Shown here: piece after piece, positions 33,701-40,093 of the stretch
How positions within the stretch are numbered: the stretch's first letter is position 1
Layout of the letters: each line of letters opens with the position of its first letter
Assembly: GCA_964620965.1 (NCBI GenBank)
Contig: CAZUHV010000003.1
Coordinates: 98,093-162,092, forward strand
Direction of reading: 5' to 3'
DNA length: 64,000 nt
Origin: an uncultured Pseudomonadales bacterium
GTDB taxonomy: Bacteria; Patescibacteriota; Microgenomatia; UBA1400; PJMF01
Position numbers and translations under genes: made by a program
The notes under the pieces: model-generated
The model's database searches: none
Seen by the model: only the letters and a program-made list of their open reading frames with translations
What the model was told of the DNA's origin: nothing

Positions 33701-34674
33701 AGAGAAAATTGAGTAATACTTGTCACTTTTCTTTTGATACTACTTGGTTTGAGTCCGGTTTTTCTCTGTAAGACAACAAAATTCTCTATATTTTCTTGAG
33801 TAATAATCTTATCCAGATCAGGTTTGCCTGTGGACTCGAAGAATTGGTTGAGGTCAGATTTGTAGTTTTTAATTGTTGCTTGTGAATGTCCATCGATTTC
33901 AAGACTAATCAAGAAGTTCTCAAGTTCTGTTTGAGCATTTTTTTGGTGTGATGCAGAGTTTTGGGTAGAGACAGAACTTGTTTTGTGTAGATAATTTGGT
34001 TTTCCTGTGACTAGGGATTCTAAGTCTGAAATCCAGAATGAAGCATCTTGAACAATTTTTTCAGTTTCTGCCCAGAGGGCAAACTGAGATATACTCGAGA
34101 GTTTGCGTTTTATCGTAGACAACTTGAGTCCTGAATCGAGTTGATTATGAACAAAATTTCTTAAATTCTCTGGTTCAAAGAGGTTTGAAATTTGTTTTGT
34201 TTGAGAAAGACTAACAAACTGTTGAATATCACTGCGGTAGTTTTTGATGGTTGAGTCGGAGCGATTATCAGCTTTGATTGAAGATAAAAACTCATGAAGG
34301 TAAATATCAATTTCGAGTGGAGTGTATTCTGCAACAAACTTTTTTAAGAGGACTGCCTGCTTATGAGCGACATTTTCGGCAGTTAAGAACTTTTCTAGGT
34401 CATCAATCGACCAATGTTCTGCCCATTTTGGATCATCAATCTTGCGCTTATTGATAAATACAATAAATTTTTCTGTTGTCAACAAAGCCAAATCTTTGGA
34501 GACATGGTGACTTTCCAAAAATGTGGAAAAGACAGAGAGGAGGCTGGTGATATATCTGTTTTGGGCAGTCATCTTTTTTTGTTGCTTTAGTACCTTTTTT
34601 CTCAGACGTATTAGACGTCTTAGATAGCGCATATTTAAGTTTAGATAACTCGAGTTCACTTGGCAATACCTCAA
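18715..34674 (-). CDS. Giant (~5300 aa) membrane-anchored mosaic fibre/adhesin: two integrase-type SAM-like domains, TM, GNVGIG-repeat fibre, S74-type intramolecular chaperone, C-terminal extension (likely start ATG 34632)
   Basis: Two repeats of F...S.sTIKNY.SD..QF...GLK.S.IKRK.SSI.QF..W; TM LNLVMMVVFAIGLGVLGY; LSFQGRLTD...WLEVE...PRQ..VAYA domain; dozens of GN(V/I)GIG motifs; SSSIKNK...LRPVKFEYK...YGLIAEEVAQ..PE...VSY. Confidence 0.85.
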   Translation of the reverse strand: MRYCQVNSSYLNLNMRYLRRLIRLRKKVLKQQKKMTAQNRYITSLLSVFSTFLESHHVSKDLALLTTEKFIVFINKRKIDDPKWAEHWSIDDLEKFLTAENVAHKQAVLLKKFVAEYTPLEIDIYLHEFLSSIKADNRSDSTIKNYRSDIQQFVSLSQTKQISNLFEPENLRNFVHNQLDSGLKLSTIKRKLSSISQFALWAETEKIVQDASFWISDLESLVTGKPNYLHKTSSVSTQNSASHQKNAQTELENFLISLEIDGHSQATIKNYKSDLNQFFESTGKPDLDKIITQENIENFVVLQRKTGLKPSSIKRKVTSITQFSLWAQDRSLIERVSSWIHLLQGQLFETQEVIAQDHSRVGNQTTTVSSQRETVSTHSIIPNAKFTTSTPQKFELKLKPNTLVHAHQTNQNQVKHGWKLPVPDFAAEELEKKSGNTTKSEKELTNSEETRKIYAGIRSSLKDFANQINTKRNKQFLPYLNLVMMVVFAIGLGVLGYQQFIKQAPTPFAYPSTPVRPNRELSFQGRLTDAAQNPITTSTDMAFRLYDNSSGGTQLWSSGTCSVTPDQDGIFNVGLGDDCGSEITENVFTENSNVWLEVEIESETLDPRQSIKTVAYALNSETVQGYPVSATGAATTNTILTMDAGGQVLLGEVSPSLKATSGSFTIEAQALVLQTSSGSNGNITLAPDGTGKVIVQSDLDLEGYLHAPGATFSATYAGGTALIAKGGPSGTANIQEWQNSAGTVLSSVNTSGNVGIGTSNATALLELYSDANQYIKMNHQTHGQETRILFQQAGTTEASIGTGTGNSDDSLMYRSGSSQYFYVSTSELVMQLTAGGNGANGAFVGPAAPTTAASFGVVGFTGNSDIALVRFEHESSPTLDYLQIATNGSATGDIFAINSSGNVGIGSSSPGYKLDVVGNTQITGELNLTDAIRSSGDAGTSGYLLTSSGGGAMTWTDPASLVASTLWTNTLNVYHPTDEYASVVDLIIGGTSTASADIHLQSNGQAYFGGNVGIGSTAPSAKLEVSSTTSPQFKITQPTGSKETTFGVDSSGLLGIIPSNGIYLFADPGQASRSILAGSRTINNSSSVYGYNIDLHKTGSGGAAGILAFVYADASTTSTIDGSYVYTNISGAYSIGNEYGSRSIVTNNASSTVTGELIGIQSRLHGALGSVTGSTAFFQARNTITSGTIPNLYGLYVEALTQGTNNYAIYTAGTTQSYFGGNVGIGSSAPIGLLNVNGAATGKALTILNQTGNQAIFTASASGTTQFIIANDGNVGIGSSYTGAGRLNISAGPSGTAAIYMATNSTNSSITSGGYATRMDFGYNVGTGMSAGDISLIGGTVGTSRGVGISLNYVDASFKVVQNAASVTSPVAYFKGGATPTADYFQIRSSAASNGDIFAINSSGNVGIGSSSPGYKLDVVGNTQITGELNLTDAIRSSGDAGTSGYLLTSSGGGAMTWTDPASLVASTLWTNTLNVYHPTDEYASVVDLIIGGTSTASADIHLQSNGQAYFGGNVGIGSTAPSAKLEVSSTTSPQFKITQPTGSKETTFGVDSSGLLGIIPSNGIYLFADPGQASRSILAGSRTINNSSSVYGYNIDLHKTGSGGAAGILAFVYADASTTSTIDGSYVYTNISGAYSIGNEYGSRSIVTNNASSTVTGELIGIQSRLHGALGSVTGSTAFFQARNTITSGTIPNLYGLYVEALTQGTNNYAIYTAGTTQSYFGGNVGIGSSAPIGLLNVNGAATGKALTILNQTGNQAIFTASASGTTQFIIANDGNVGIGSSYTGAGRLNISAGPSGTAAIYMATNSTNSSITSGGYATRMDFGYNVGTGMSAGDISLIGGTVGTSRGVGISLNYVDASFKVVQNAASVTSPVAYFKGGATPTADYFQIRSSAASNGDIFAINSSGNVGIGSASPGYKLDVVGNTQITGELNLTDAIRIAGDAGTTGYFLTSSGGGANTWTDPDDITGAGWWENTLNVLHPKDEYASIVDLVLGGTSTASADIHLQSNGQAYFGGNVGIGTTNPTNKLELQSSTTPGLDLSSSSITHSVTTVLPADTFGRIGINNSSNGGLLITGIVNGGSTYNGALKLVGSQADNGNGAGRITFQAKTQDTGTSLGSNHVAFRFIDGDESTMFVMMGRGRSEFTATELQSGSVGAMSVNSSVTNIPGAAVGAFSRTNGSATPTGPVILGRSAQSPTANWSLLELISDYDGTPTTEFIVNGLGNVGIGSATPIGLLNIDGAATGKALAILNQTGNQDIFTASSSGTTRMRIANTGYVYAERFSDISNDSYYVDPAGSTTSMTLAGNAGIGTTTPGARLDVSGDLAANTATISATYAGGKGLVVKGGPSGTANIQEWQDSAGTALSVINASGNLGIGSISPTRKLDVNGAVNITSGLYANNDAGTSGYLLTSSGGGAMTWTDPSTLGSGFNLWANTLNVLHPKNEYASVVDLAIGGTSTASADIQLYSNGSAVFNEQGNDSDFRIESDTNANAFFLQGSDGNIGIGTSTPGSKFELSNDYSTNAVLQLSTDIYGGKVEARTGASSYGILYLSSEYGQTRMFRSGVDQQLFIYDASSNQDITLNSNGSSYFNGGNLGIGTTNPTSQLQVGSVGGNIGIGTLGNSGGNSFRINRFTFFNDVVSSGGQLSLYYDDTSDTYLFNTPGTSSNGFVMYPSALTTTTTAGLELYTGRTISNASGIKLSTTQNITNNSSNIGGLDLANTITFDPTNNLVGSIVNGVKVAQSFSPNAATKDISYNGLYFGSTINQTGGTTAITRGVYINPTLTSAADFRAVDIANNSSSSYGVYQSGSSTKNYFAGNVGIGSTSPTAPLNITTSAGNSSTGAASIGYVSSYTGGSTQNALGVSVYGIDSAASAYNAISGSATTPSGSSNTLSGLSGVQGSINYQGTAGTLTNGTAVTGAFTNSGAGTITYGTAYNANMYLSGSGNVAVGHGFRLQTISDTGGGSFQTLYGLYMTAITAASSNNYGIWGEAGDWILDEDGDGVAGGTSGGGNIILGEGQDLELYHDGTNSYIMNNTGNLLIGDAATDAVILSANGGNVGIGSSSPGYTLDLVGEFNLTDAIRVAGDAGTSGYLLTSSAGGAMTWTDPSTLGSGANLWANTLNVFHPKNEYASVVDLAIGGTSTASADIQLYSNGSAVFNEQGNDSDFRIESDTNANAFFFQGSDGNIGLGTATPVANLNIFQNSPTPNQILFQIGTDADSTRFTVDEDGDVSVDNDVTARTYYAGNGTVGGPTFSFASDTNTGLYRPAIDTIGIVTAGTEKVTIDANGNVGIGSTAPGYALDLVGEFNLTDAIRVAGNAGTSGYLLTSSGGGAMTWTDPASIATSATLWANTLNVLHPKNEYASVVDLAIGGTSTASADIQLYSNGSAVFNEQGNDSDFRIESDTNANAFFLDGLNANIGIGTNTTLSALQIHRTSSASQLFITTDTNVGSANDASLFFQSDNDGTPNPAGLGQYNDGSLRFTGGGSLVSPDMVITDAGNIGIGTTTPGQKLDVAGEIELANYLYFGNAGTEYLRWDSSNFILSDDLLPASDGASSLGSDSVRWDSLYVKGASIHIGNSGDEGILTYNTTDNYFGFDPDADATAEFVITSTGNVGIGTTAPTSFLLEVAGNIGPTADDTYSLGSASRRFTNIYSSGDIIASGISDADGDTKIQVEESADEDYIRFDTAGTERLVIDNIGKVGIGTATPTHGFEVNTAVTGKALVLLKELGDQDILTASNSAGVTRFRMANTGYLYAERFSDVSNSSYYVDPAGGTTSMVLASNAGIGTTTPGARLDVRNSSTEDILNLFDGSTEVFTVLDGGNVGIGSITPAAKLDIANSAGVELYFSGDTGVAEIKSDQDINFTMDADNDGSNHAFKFLHNASTELMRLTDTGNLGIGTTSPTSQLHVVKTNSSGSGDYIGFMNEITQSVSGAMTAYGYRTVTGTTHTSGTLSGLQGNSSQLKFWGNGGTTSYSEGLTSAADVYTGAIVDNLALVRVYTPGVSGGTINHLKGIQIANMNVGSSSNYSVYSEGGNMYHEGNIGIGTTTSDSKLHVVGVGRDSTPNGPGFRTGEDLSGNYAIELTSGGGIPHLDFQNDIGGTDYDARIGLYGDDYLVIDGANVGIGTTAPSRLLVVEKNQDALTSVAINNTASGTSAATTLLVAGGDNSLTLSSYSDANSSSFAGTNLISSYGGGLNIMTGGGIGNTINFGHSYISNSYYMSIVSGNIGIGTTAPGTILHIADPGDSRIRMENTDVDGHDWSWANDWNALNGFSLIEEGVSGNVMFVEAGGNIGLSTSTPQTRLHVNGALTVGDAPVAIVTAATGDIIAGDSTGGFQFDASANDMYAQQSTANSTGVHFNIRKSRGSAASPSVVTTGDDILLLRAYGRSASSTWSEAGRITFDTEGTISGAIVPGILRFYTQSTAGSLTERMVIDSDGNVGIGSTSPGQKLVVSGNIQIGAAGYIDDDATMGENSDDWIHLNGYIELKSNTSNYGIVLRDDSSTDYFGITQEGGYSILADSNTSVNYFLRGNGTNVDIAGNLGIGTTTASQVLDVVGGGIVIEDNTSSSTNAYKIERGGTDYSVLWMDTDQVYLNNPFNNVMNFRTNNTTRLTIGSTGIIYAPGVYNTTSSTRNVYVNSDGQLGYLSSSIKNKTNVENIQENTSKKLYDLRPVKFEYKDSLGTIQYGLIAEEVAQTIPEMAFYDTDGSPAGVSYQFLAPLLLSEIQKHQIKLKNLENNNIMFDSIGGIVITQSGSDYIVTESKNNNVLSTIIGARSAILGIIQAGLTNTKELIVENTATIKNLSAETITINGQSLVSYIQSVVGNQTASNNSTLVSPVGNDTVITATNSGKVKFSDGTKTTAEINKDGNLSLLGNLNSKDVITNSIAASGSSTLGSLLVQGDATVSGTLTAQNSKLGNLLANEVSISGTLVAQNATISGTAQVGTLLANEVTAASARISALEAGIAQLESVRATTADLVTATVSGTLYANSIYDFENKVATTLQQPGLLDILLGTNESTSSASFMEDLYATVNKTEFNASSSADLDLSFAELSMTSDDVVLTGSALFVEKYLKVNGGAYVSDSLAVGNDLFVGDSMLIADGLIRYTTADPANQILKIQPEGQGSIELLAGIVTIDDSGKVTVNGDLDVTGNAKIAGTLLTDMLKPTEFGNPLQVQVAGVDTQTNEVKKSRFEIINEVGTPVATFSAEGNAAFAGKVDIAGGIGLESQNLGSSDTNELSTNKTSGKATIKAGSDKVTIKSGIVTNDSLVYVTAVGSTDNKVLFVKSQAQDDPNTPENEGEFVVGFDSPASADVSFNWWIVN
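28936..31998. repeat. In-frame tandem duplication, period 1509 bp (503 aa)
   Basis: 28936-30444 is repeated at 30445-31953, plus a third 45-bp partial copy. The translations are identical and spot-checked DNA is identical. The ORF-track shadows 28894/30403 and 28941/30450 also differ by 1509. Confidence 0.9.
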
Positions 34675-35174
34675 GAATTCCAGACTTTTATGTCAATGGG
34701 AAAATGCATGAAAAAATGCACATTTTTGCAATTAATTTTTATGTTTTTCATGATTTTCATGTATATCAAATAGATTCAAATGTTTGTGTATTTTTTGTTT
34801 TTACAGGTTAGAACTTGGTAATTTATGCTAAAAACAAAGCGCTAAAAATAGTATGTGAATCAGTTTAAAAAAGTGATATTATGTGAAGGAAAAAATAAAC
34901 GAAAGAGTATTAAACATTGTTTCCAGGTTAAAAAACAGTTTTTAATACAAATTCGTGGAAAAGTGTGGCTGAAAAGAGTGCTTCGGTACAAAAATGTGGA
35001 AAAGTGTTTAAAATTAGTATTAATATAATATATTTATATTTTTGCAGTAAAGGCAACTATTTAAAATAAACTAAGCATATTGATATGTATATAACATTTT
35101 TGCTAGATCAATAACATAAAACAAAAGACGAAATTTTGATTTAAATTATAAAGCTATCAACGATTAAATGAGAT

Positions 35175-35921
35175 ATGAAGAAAAATACCCAAAAAATACT
35201 GCTTTCACTGTACTCAGAGATAGGGACGCTTAAATATAGAGTCCCTACGAGTAATTTAGAGTGTGTGGTGCCAGAGCTATCTGCTGGAGGCTTTAGATCT
35301 TTGCTTCATGTATTAAAGAAGCAGGGTGTGATTACTTCACAACGGGTACTCGGGGTTACAACAGTTAGTATTACTCAATATGGAATGACTCTTCTAGAAA
35401 GCGAATTTCCGGCTTTATCTTCCAAATGGGATGAATGGACAGGACAATGGAGCTGTCTAGTCTTTATGGAGTCTCCTTTCTTTGATAAACAGTTTAGATA
35501 CTTACGCAAACTCTTGTTGTCTGAAGGGGCTTTGGCAATCAGTAGAGGTGTGTATATTAGTCCTGGTGGTTTTTCTGATGTTGTTATTAAAGAGTGCAAA
35601 GCGAGCTATTTTTCTAGTGTACTCATCTTTTCGGTTGCAGATTGGAAAATAGCAGCTGACTCTTCATTTATCATAGAAAAATATGGGCTTTTAGACATAG
35701 CAGAAAACTACTCTGGAATTAGCAGTGATGTAACTAGATTGCTAAAAAATACACTAGATAAAAAAGGATTGACTGATAGACAAAAAGAAAATATACATTT
35801 GGTATATGACCGATTGATTGATATTTTACTTGAGGATCCGGGTTTTTGTACATTTTACTTTAGAGAAGTGGAATCTATTAAAACTTTGCTTTCTAGATTG
35901 AACTCTGTAATTGCTCTCTAG
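35175..35921 (+). CDS. PaaX-like transcriptional regulator (wHTH + Cas2-like central domain)
   Basis: FRSLLHVLKKQGVI...ITQYG wHTH; WTGQWSCLVF...RYLRKLL..EGALAISRGVYISP; C-terminal LLEDP. Confidence 0.7.
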   Translation: MKKNTQKILLSLYSEIGTLKYRVPTSNLECVVPELSAGGFRSLLHVLKKQGVITSQRVLGVTTVSITQYGMTLLESEFPALSSKWDEWTGQWSCLVFMESPFFDKQFRYLRKLLLSEGALAISRGVYISPGGFSDVVIKECKASYFSSVLIFSVADWKIAADSSFIIEKYGLLDIAENYSGISSDVTRLLKNTLDKKGLTDRQKENIHLVYDRLIDILLEDPGFCTFYFREVESIKTLLSRLNSVIAL

Positions 35922-36795
35922 ACTAACCCAAACAAAGATAGAGTATTCAAGGCTATTTCAACACGAATGGTTTTTTGTAGAGCCTTTGAAAATTATTCAC
36001 ACACACTATTTTTGAGAAACTTTAGTAAAAGAGCAGAATATTCGGGTATCAATTTTTAATGAAAAAATAAGACCAAAAATATCTATATTTATATATTTAT
36101 AATATAATTATCTTCGTTGCGTTAATATAATAACAGGCTTTGCAATAATAAAGCTGTAATTATGCAATAATAAAATTCTGCTCTAAAAATAGACGTGCAA
36201 TTATAAAGATGTCTTATATTTATTGAATAAAATACGAATCTTTTATCTTTTTGAAGATATGGGATAAAAAGAGGCCCAAAATAGGCTTTAGTTTCTTTTT
36301 TTGTATTACAATAACTTTACTAAGATTTAGCGCTTTTTTTGTATAGCAACTCACTAGTTATGAGACGAAACTATTATTGAAGCTAAATATATCAAATAGT
36401 ACCTTATTAGAATGCTTTTAGAGGCATCATGAACCGTGTTAAATCAAAGAAATCCTATTTTTGGCGTTTCACAAGTGCTCTTGAGGTTAGTTTTAGGAGT
36501 AAAAGTCAATATTTCTTGACGCTATTTCACTTCAGACTTCATATGTTTTCTAGATAACTGTATTTTTGGGTCACACAGGTAGTACTTTTTCTTCCTCTGG
36601 AGTTATCAAACAAAAATTTTGATTGCTAAGTTTTAAAATTTAAATTCTTAGTTGGTTGATAGGACAAAAATGAACTTCTTTTCGGACTTTTGGGGGGAGC
36701 GAATTTTACCTTCTGTTTTTGTCTAATTGAGATGACTTAAGTAGATCAAAATCGTGCAATAATTATACGTTAATTTTCTTACTTTTCAGTATAGA

Positions 36796-38913
36796 TTAGG
36801 AGAGGTTGCCAAAGAGTTCTTTATAGATATCGCCAATGTTTCTCATGATAGCATTGAGTGTTTTTGGCTTTTCTGTAACATCAACTTCTTCAAAACTAAG
36901 CTGAGAGCCTTTTCGTTCCCAAATAAGGTTTGTTTTGGTAACTTGAACCTGGTATTTGTTGGGATCAAGGAAGGCTTGATGGTAGCCATCCTTGTTAGTA
37001 TTCACAATGGCAACAAGCTCACCCTTTGTTGGGTCACTGATACGTACAATTGCATTCTCAACAGGCTCTTTGTTCTCTGTGATCACAATCCCAGATAAGG
37101 TTGGCTTTTTAAGTGAGTATATGAGTCTTTTAATGAGCATTACAAAATAAATGCTCAACAGCAGGAAGTTAATCCAAGTTGGATAGAAAATTGTTATTAG
37201 TACAGAAATAATGAACAAAGGCCAGAATAAATCCAGTGATCTCAGTTTTCTCAGCATAGATCTTAGGGTCTTTTTTATCTGGTATGTTTCTTTTGTTTCG
37301 GTTCTTCTGTCCATAGGAATCAAGAATAACTGTTGGCGTTTTGTTGAGGTAACTTCGAACTCTTCGCCTTTATAGAAATCTTGGACACCTAAATAGTTTG
37401 GTCTTTCCTTACTTGTTGGAAAGTTATAATCCTGATGAGTTACGTTGATAACATATTTCCCCAAGGGGAGTTGCACTCCTTGATAGACTCCATGAACGTC
37501 AGTAACAACGGTTTCGATAATCTTTTCGGTAACTGTTTGGCTAGTTGAGGTAATAGTGAGTAAAGCAAACGAGACTGGTTCATTGGTTTGGGAATCAAAT
37601 ACCATCCCTTGAGGTTCTTTTGGTGGAATAAGCCCAAGAGCTTGCAGTATTTTAAAGATAAGGTCTAATGAAAGCTGTTGCCCAAGTTGTAAAAGAAGTG
37701 TTAAAAAGCTAATGGCTGGAACTGCTGCACTTGCTACCAGTACTCCAATAGGGGCAACAGCATCAGTAGTTTTTTGTATTGCTTGCCTGATTTCTTGAGG
37801 AAGAGCAGAAATAATTTCAACAATTGGAGAAGGAACAGTTTTTATTATGTCTTTTTTGATAATTTCAACGATTTCCTTTGGAGGAAGCACTGGTATTTTT
37901 ATTATTGGGCTTGGAGGCGGTGTTCCAGGTGGGGTTGGTGGTATTATTGGGGTTGGAAAAGGGGTAATTTCTGGGGTTACACCTGGAGATGGGGTTGGGG
38001 TAGTACTTGGAGTAGGTGTTGGGATAAGGGTTGGAGTCGGAGTAGGAGTTGGTGGAATAATAATATACTCTTGTATGATCAAAATTTTTAGGTCTGTGAT
38101 GACACTTACATTGCCTGCTTGATCTGTTATGACGAAATTAAGCGTAATTACTTCGTCTCTAGGCAGAATTCCAAGCTGAAAACTCCAATTTCCACCACTA
38201 TCTATAACAAAATTGATGATTTGGTTACTTTCTCCAGGAATTTGCACAGTTACTTGGACAGTTGCATTTGCTTCACCTGTCCCAATGAACTCTGGCTCAT
38301 TGTCTTCTAGTTCTATTGGGTCATCTGGAACAGAGTTTATATCGGAGGCAGAAATATTCGTAGGGAGAGGTCCAATACTAGTAATAACAAAGCTTGGCGC
38401 TTGAGTATCTATAGTGAAATCCCAGATTACAGAACTATTTGAGTTTCCAGCTGCATCATAGACTTTTACTTGCCAGGTGTGAGCCCCATTAGAAATTGTT
38501 GCTACAGGTGTAAGCGTATACTGTCCTGAGCCACTATTATATGTCAGGGTGTATGATCCCGTAGTAGTAGCAGTAGTTGGAATAGATCCATGTAGCAGAT
38601 TTCCATCTAAGTAAAGCTCATAATAACTGACCCCAACATTGTCAGTAGATTCTTGCCAAACAAAACTTGGGGTGGCGTCGTTAATGAGTGCTTCATCAAC
38701 TGGAGAGATTAAAATAGGTGCAGAAGGAGGAACAATATCTGGAACAGTTGCTGTAACAGTATTGTCTCTGTTTTTTGGATTGGTGCTTCCGCTTTCTCCA
38801 GGACCTATACCTCCTGCTTGTGCGTATACATTTACAGAAAAAAACTGATATATGGAAACAAAAACTAAAAATAGAGCAAACTTTAAAAAATTATGAGTAA
38901 AAAAATTTCTCAT
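36796..38913 (-). CDS. Secreted/membrane protein: Ig-like (Big) domains, Pro/Thr linker, TM, carboxypeptidase-regulatory-like domains
   Basis: Signal peptide (VYA-Q), DIVPPSAPILISP...PSFVW, HTWQVKVYDAAGN, (PT)n linker, GMVFDSQTNEPV, GIVITENKEPVENAIV. Confidence 0.75.
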   Translation of the reverse strand: MRNFFTHNFLKFALFLVFVSIYQFFSVNVYAQAGGIGPGESGSTNPKNRDNTVTATVPDIVPPSAPILISPVDEALINDATPSFVWQESTDNVGVSYYELYLDGNLLHGSIPTTATTTGSYTLTYNSGSGQYTLTPVATISNGAHTWQVKVYDAAGNSNSSVIWDFTIDTQAPSFVITSIGPLPTNISASDINSVPDDPIELEDNEPEFIGTGEANATVQVTVQIPGESNQIINFVIDSGGNWSFQLGILPRDEVITLNFVITDQAGNVSVITDLKILIIQEYIIIPPTPTPTPTLIPTPTPSTTPTPSPGVTPEITPFPTPIIPPTPPGTPPPSPIIKIPVLPPKEIVEIIKKDIIKTVPSPIVEIISALPQEIRQAIQKTTDAVAPIGVLVASAAVPAISFLTLLLQLGQQLSLDLIFKILQALGLIPPKEPQGMVFDSQTNEPVSFALLTITSTSQTVTEKIIETVVTDVHGVYQGVQLPLGKYVINVTHQDYNFPTSKERPNYLGVQDFYKGEEFEVTSTKRQQLFLIPMDRRTETKETYQIKKTLRSMLRKLRSLDLFWPLFIISVLITIFYPTWINFLLLSIYFVMLIKRLIYSLKKPTLSGIVITENKEPVENAIVRISDPTKGELVAIVNTNKDGYHQAFLDPNKYQVQVTKTNLIWERKGSQLSFEEVDVTEKPKTLNAIMRNIGDIYKELFGNLS

Positions 38914-38928
38914 GTCTACAGAGATCTA

Positions 38929-40077
38929 TCATAGGGCGTTCTCTTCGTCTCCTTTGGTTTGCATCTCTTCGATTTGTGATTCTAGCTCTTTAATTCTTTG
39001 CTCATCCATTTTCTTTCTGTGGTTGAGGTGTCTTTTTACAGAGAAGACAATGAAAGCAAGGATCATGAGTAGGGCGAATCCAGCGAGGATAATCTTAAGA
39101 GGTAGAAGCCAGAAACTTGTGTTAGCTACAACAATAGAGCCTGTTGATCCATAGCTCATGGTAAGTTTAGCTTTGTATAAGCCCCAGCCCCAGATTCGAT
39201 CCCATTGACCAGTGAAGTCTCTGCTATAGAGAGGAAAAATATTTTTTGGCTCTACAGCAATTGTTTCAACTTTTTGGTTGAATAAATTATAAATTTCAAC
39301 GCTCATTTGAGGAGTAATGTGGACATCAGAGTTATTTTCTACAGTGAAATTAAAGGGAACGGGACCATATTCAGTAAAGCTTGGGAAAGTAAAGTCTCTG
39401 ATGTAAGCTTCTTCGTTGATAGGTCCATCAACAACAACATAGAGGAGCGTTCCAACTCTTTGGTTGATAGCTGCACCAGATCCACTATTTGTTACAGAGT
39501 ATTCATCTGTTGTTTCTCCAGGCTCGTGTAAAATCATTGCATAGTGTCCTCCAGGAAGAGCATCTTCTGGAACCTCAATGAGTACATTTATTCCAACAGT
39601 AGATTTTGATGGGATTTGGTGTTCAGTTGGAGTAATTGTGAGCCATGAAGCAAGACTCCATCTATTTGAAGCGCTATCATCTATAGCTATTGGAGTTTCC
39701 CCATCTACATCAAGAATAAAGTCTTGTGCTGAAGTGATAACAGAAACTGGCTGTTCTGAAATGTTTCTGACACGGATTTGAACTTGAATTTTTTCTCCAG
39801 GAGCTGCTGTGAGAGAACCATCATCCCCAAGTCTTGGAGGAATTGCAGTTAATGAGATTTGATCTTGAGCAATTGTTCTAGTTGCGTCTGTTTCGTCATA
39901 TAAAACTGGTTCTGCAGTCGGCTCTAGTACCACATTTTCAGTTTCTGTAGGTATAAATGGATTGCTTGTGGTCTGAGCAAGTGCACCAGATTTAAAACTT
40001 AAAAAAACTGAAGAAACCAAGACGAACCCAGTGGTAAGAGCAATGTTTTTGTAGTTTTTTTGTTGGGCAGTGTTCAT
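38929..40077 (-). CDS. DUF916/WxL-interacting-like surface protein with C-terminal TM
   Basis: Signal peptide, IEVPEDALPGGHYA, QRVGTLLYVVV.G, VENNSDVH, C-terminal TM and charged tail. Confidence 0.65.
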   Translation of the reverse strand: MNTAQQKNYKNIALTTGFVLVSSVFLSFKSGALAQTTSNPFIPTETENVVLEPTAEPVLYDETDATRTIAQDQISLTAIPPRLGDDGSLTAAPGEKIQVQIRVRNISEQPVSVITSAQDFILDVDGETPIAIDDSASNRWSLASWLTITPTEHQIPSKSTVGINVLIEVPEDALPGGHYAMILHEPGETTDEYSVTNSGSGAAINQRVGTLLYVVVDGPINEEAYIRDFTFPSFTEYGPVPFNFTVENNSDVHITPQMSVEIYNLFNQKVETIAVEPKNIFPLYSRDFTGQWDRIWGWGLYKAKLTMSYGSTGSIVVANTSFWLLPLKIILAGFALLMILAFIVFSVKRHLNHRKKMDEQRIKELESQIEEMQTKGDEENAL

Positions 40078-40093
40078 TTATTTGTTCCTTGTT

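Noticed and set aside
33676-34311. Active integrase or prophage boundary
   Set aside because: Only core-binding domains are present. No catalytic domain, att site, tRNA or phage structural/packaging genes were seen.
18715-34674. Diversity-generating retroelement or shufflon acting on the fibre
   Set aside because: No reverse transcriptase, no adenine-specific TR/VR pair and no catalytic invertase were seen. The repeats are direct and either exact or synonymously diverged.
35175-35921. Cas2/CRISPR locus
   Set aside because: The Cas2-like segment is the PaaX central domain. No cas genes or repeat-spacer array were seen in the window.
34955-36001. DnaA-box-like 9-mers (TGTGGAAAA ~34996, TTATTCACA 35993; also TGTGAATAA 9201) as oriC
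   Set aside because: Too few and too scattered, with no dnaA/dnaN nearby. Compatible with chance in AT-rich DNA.
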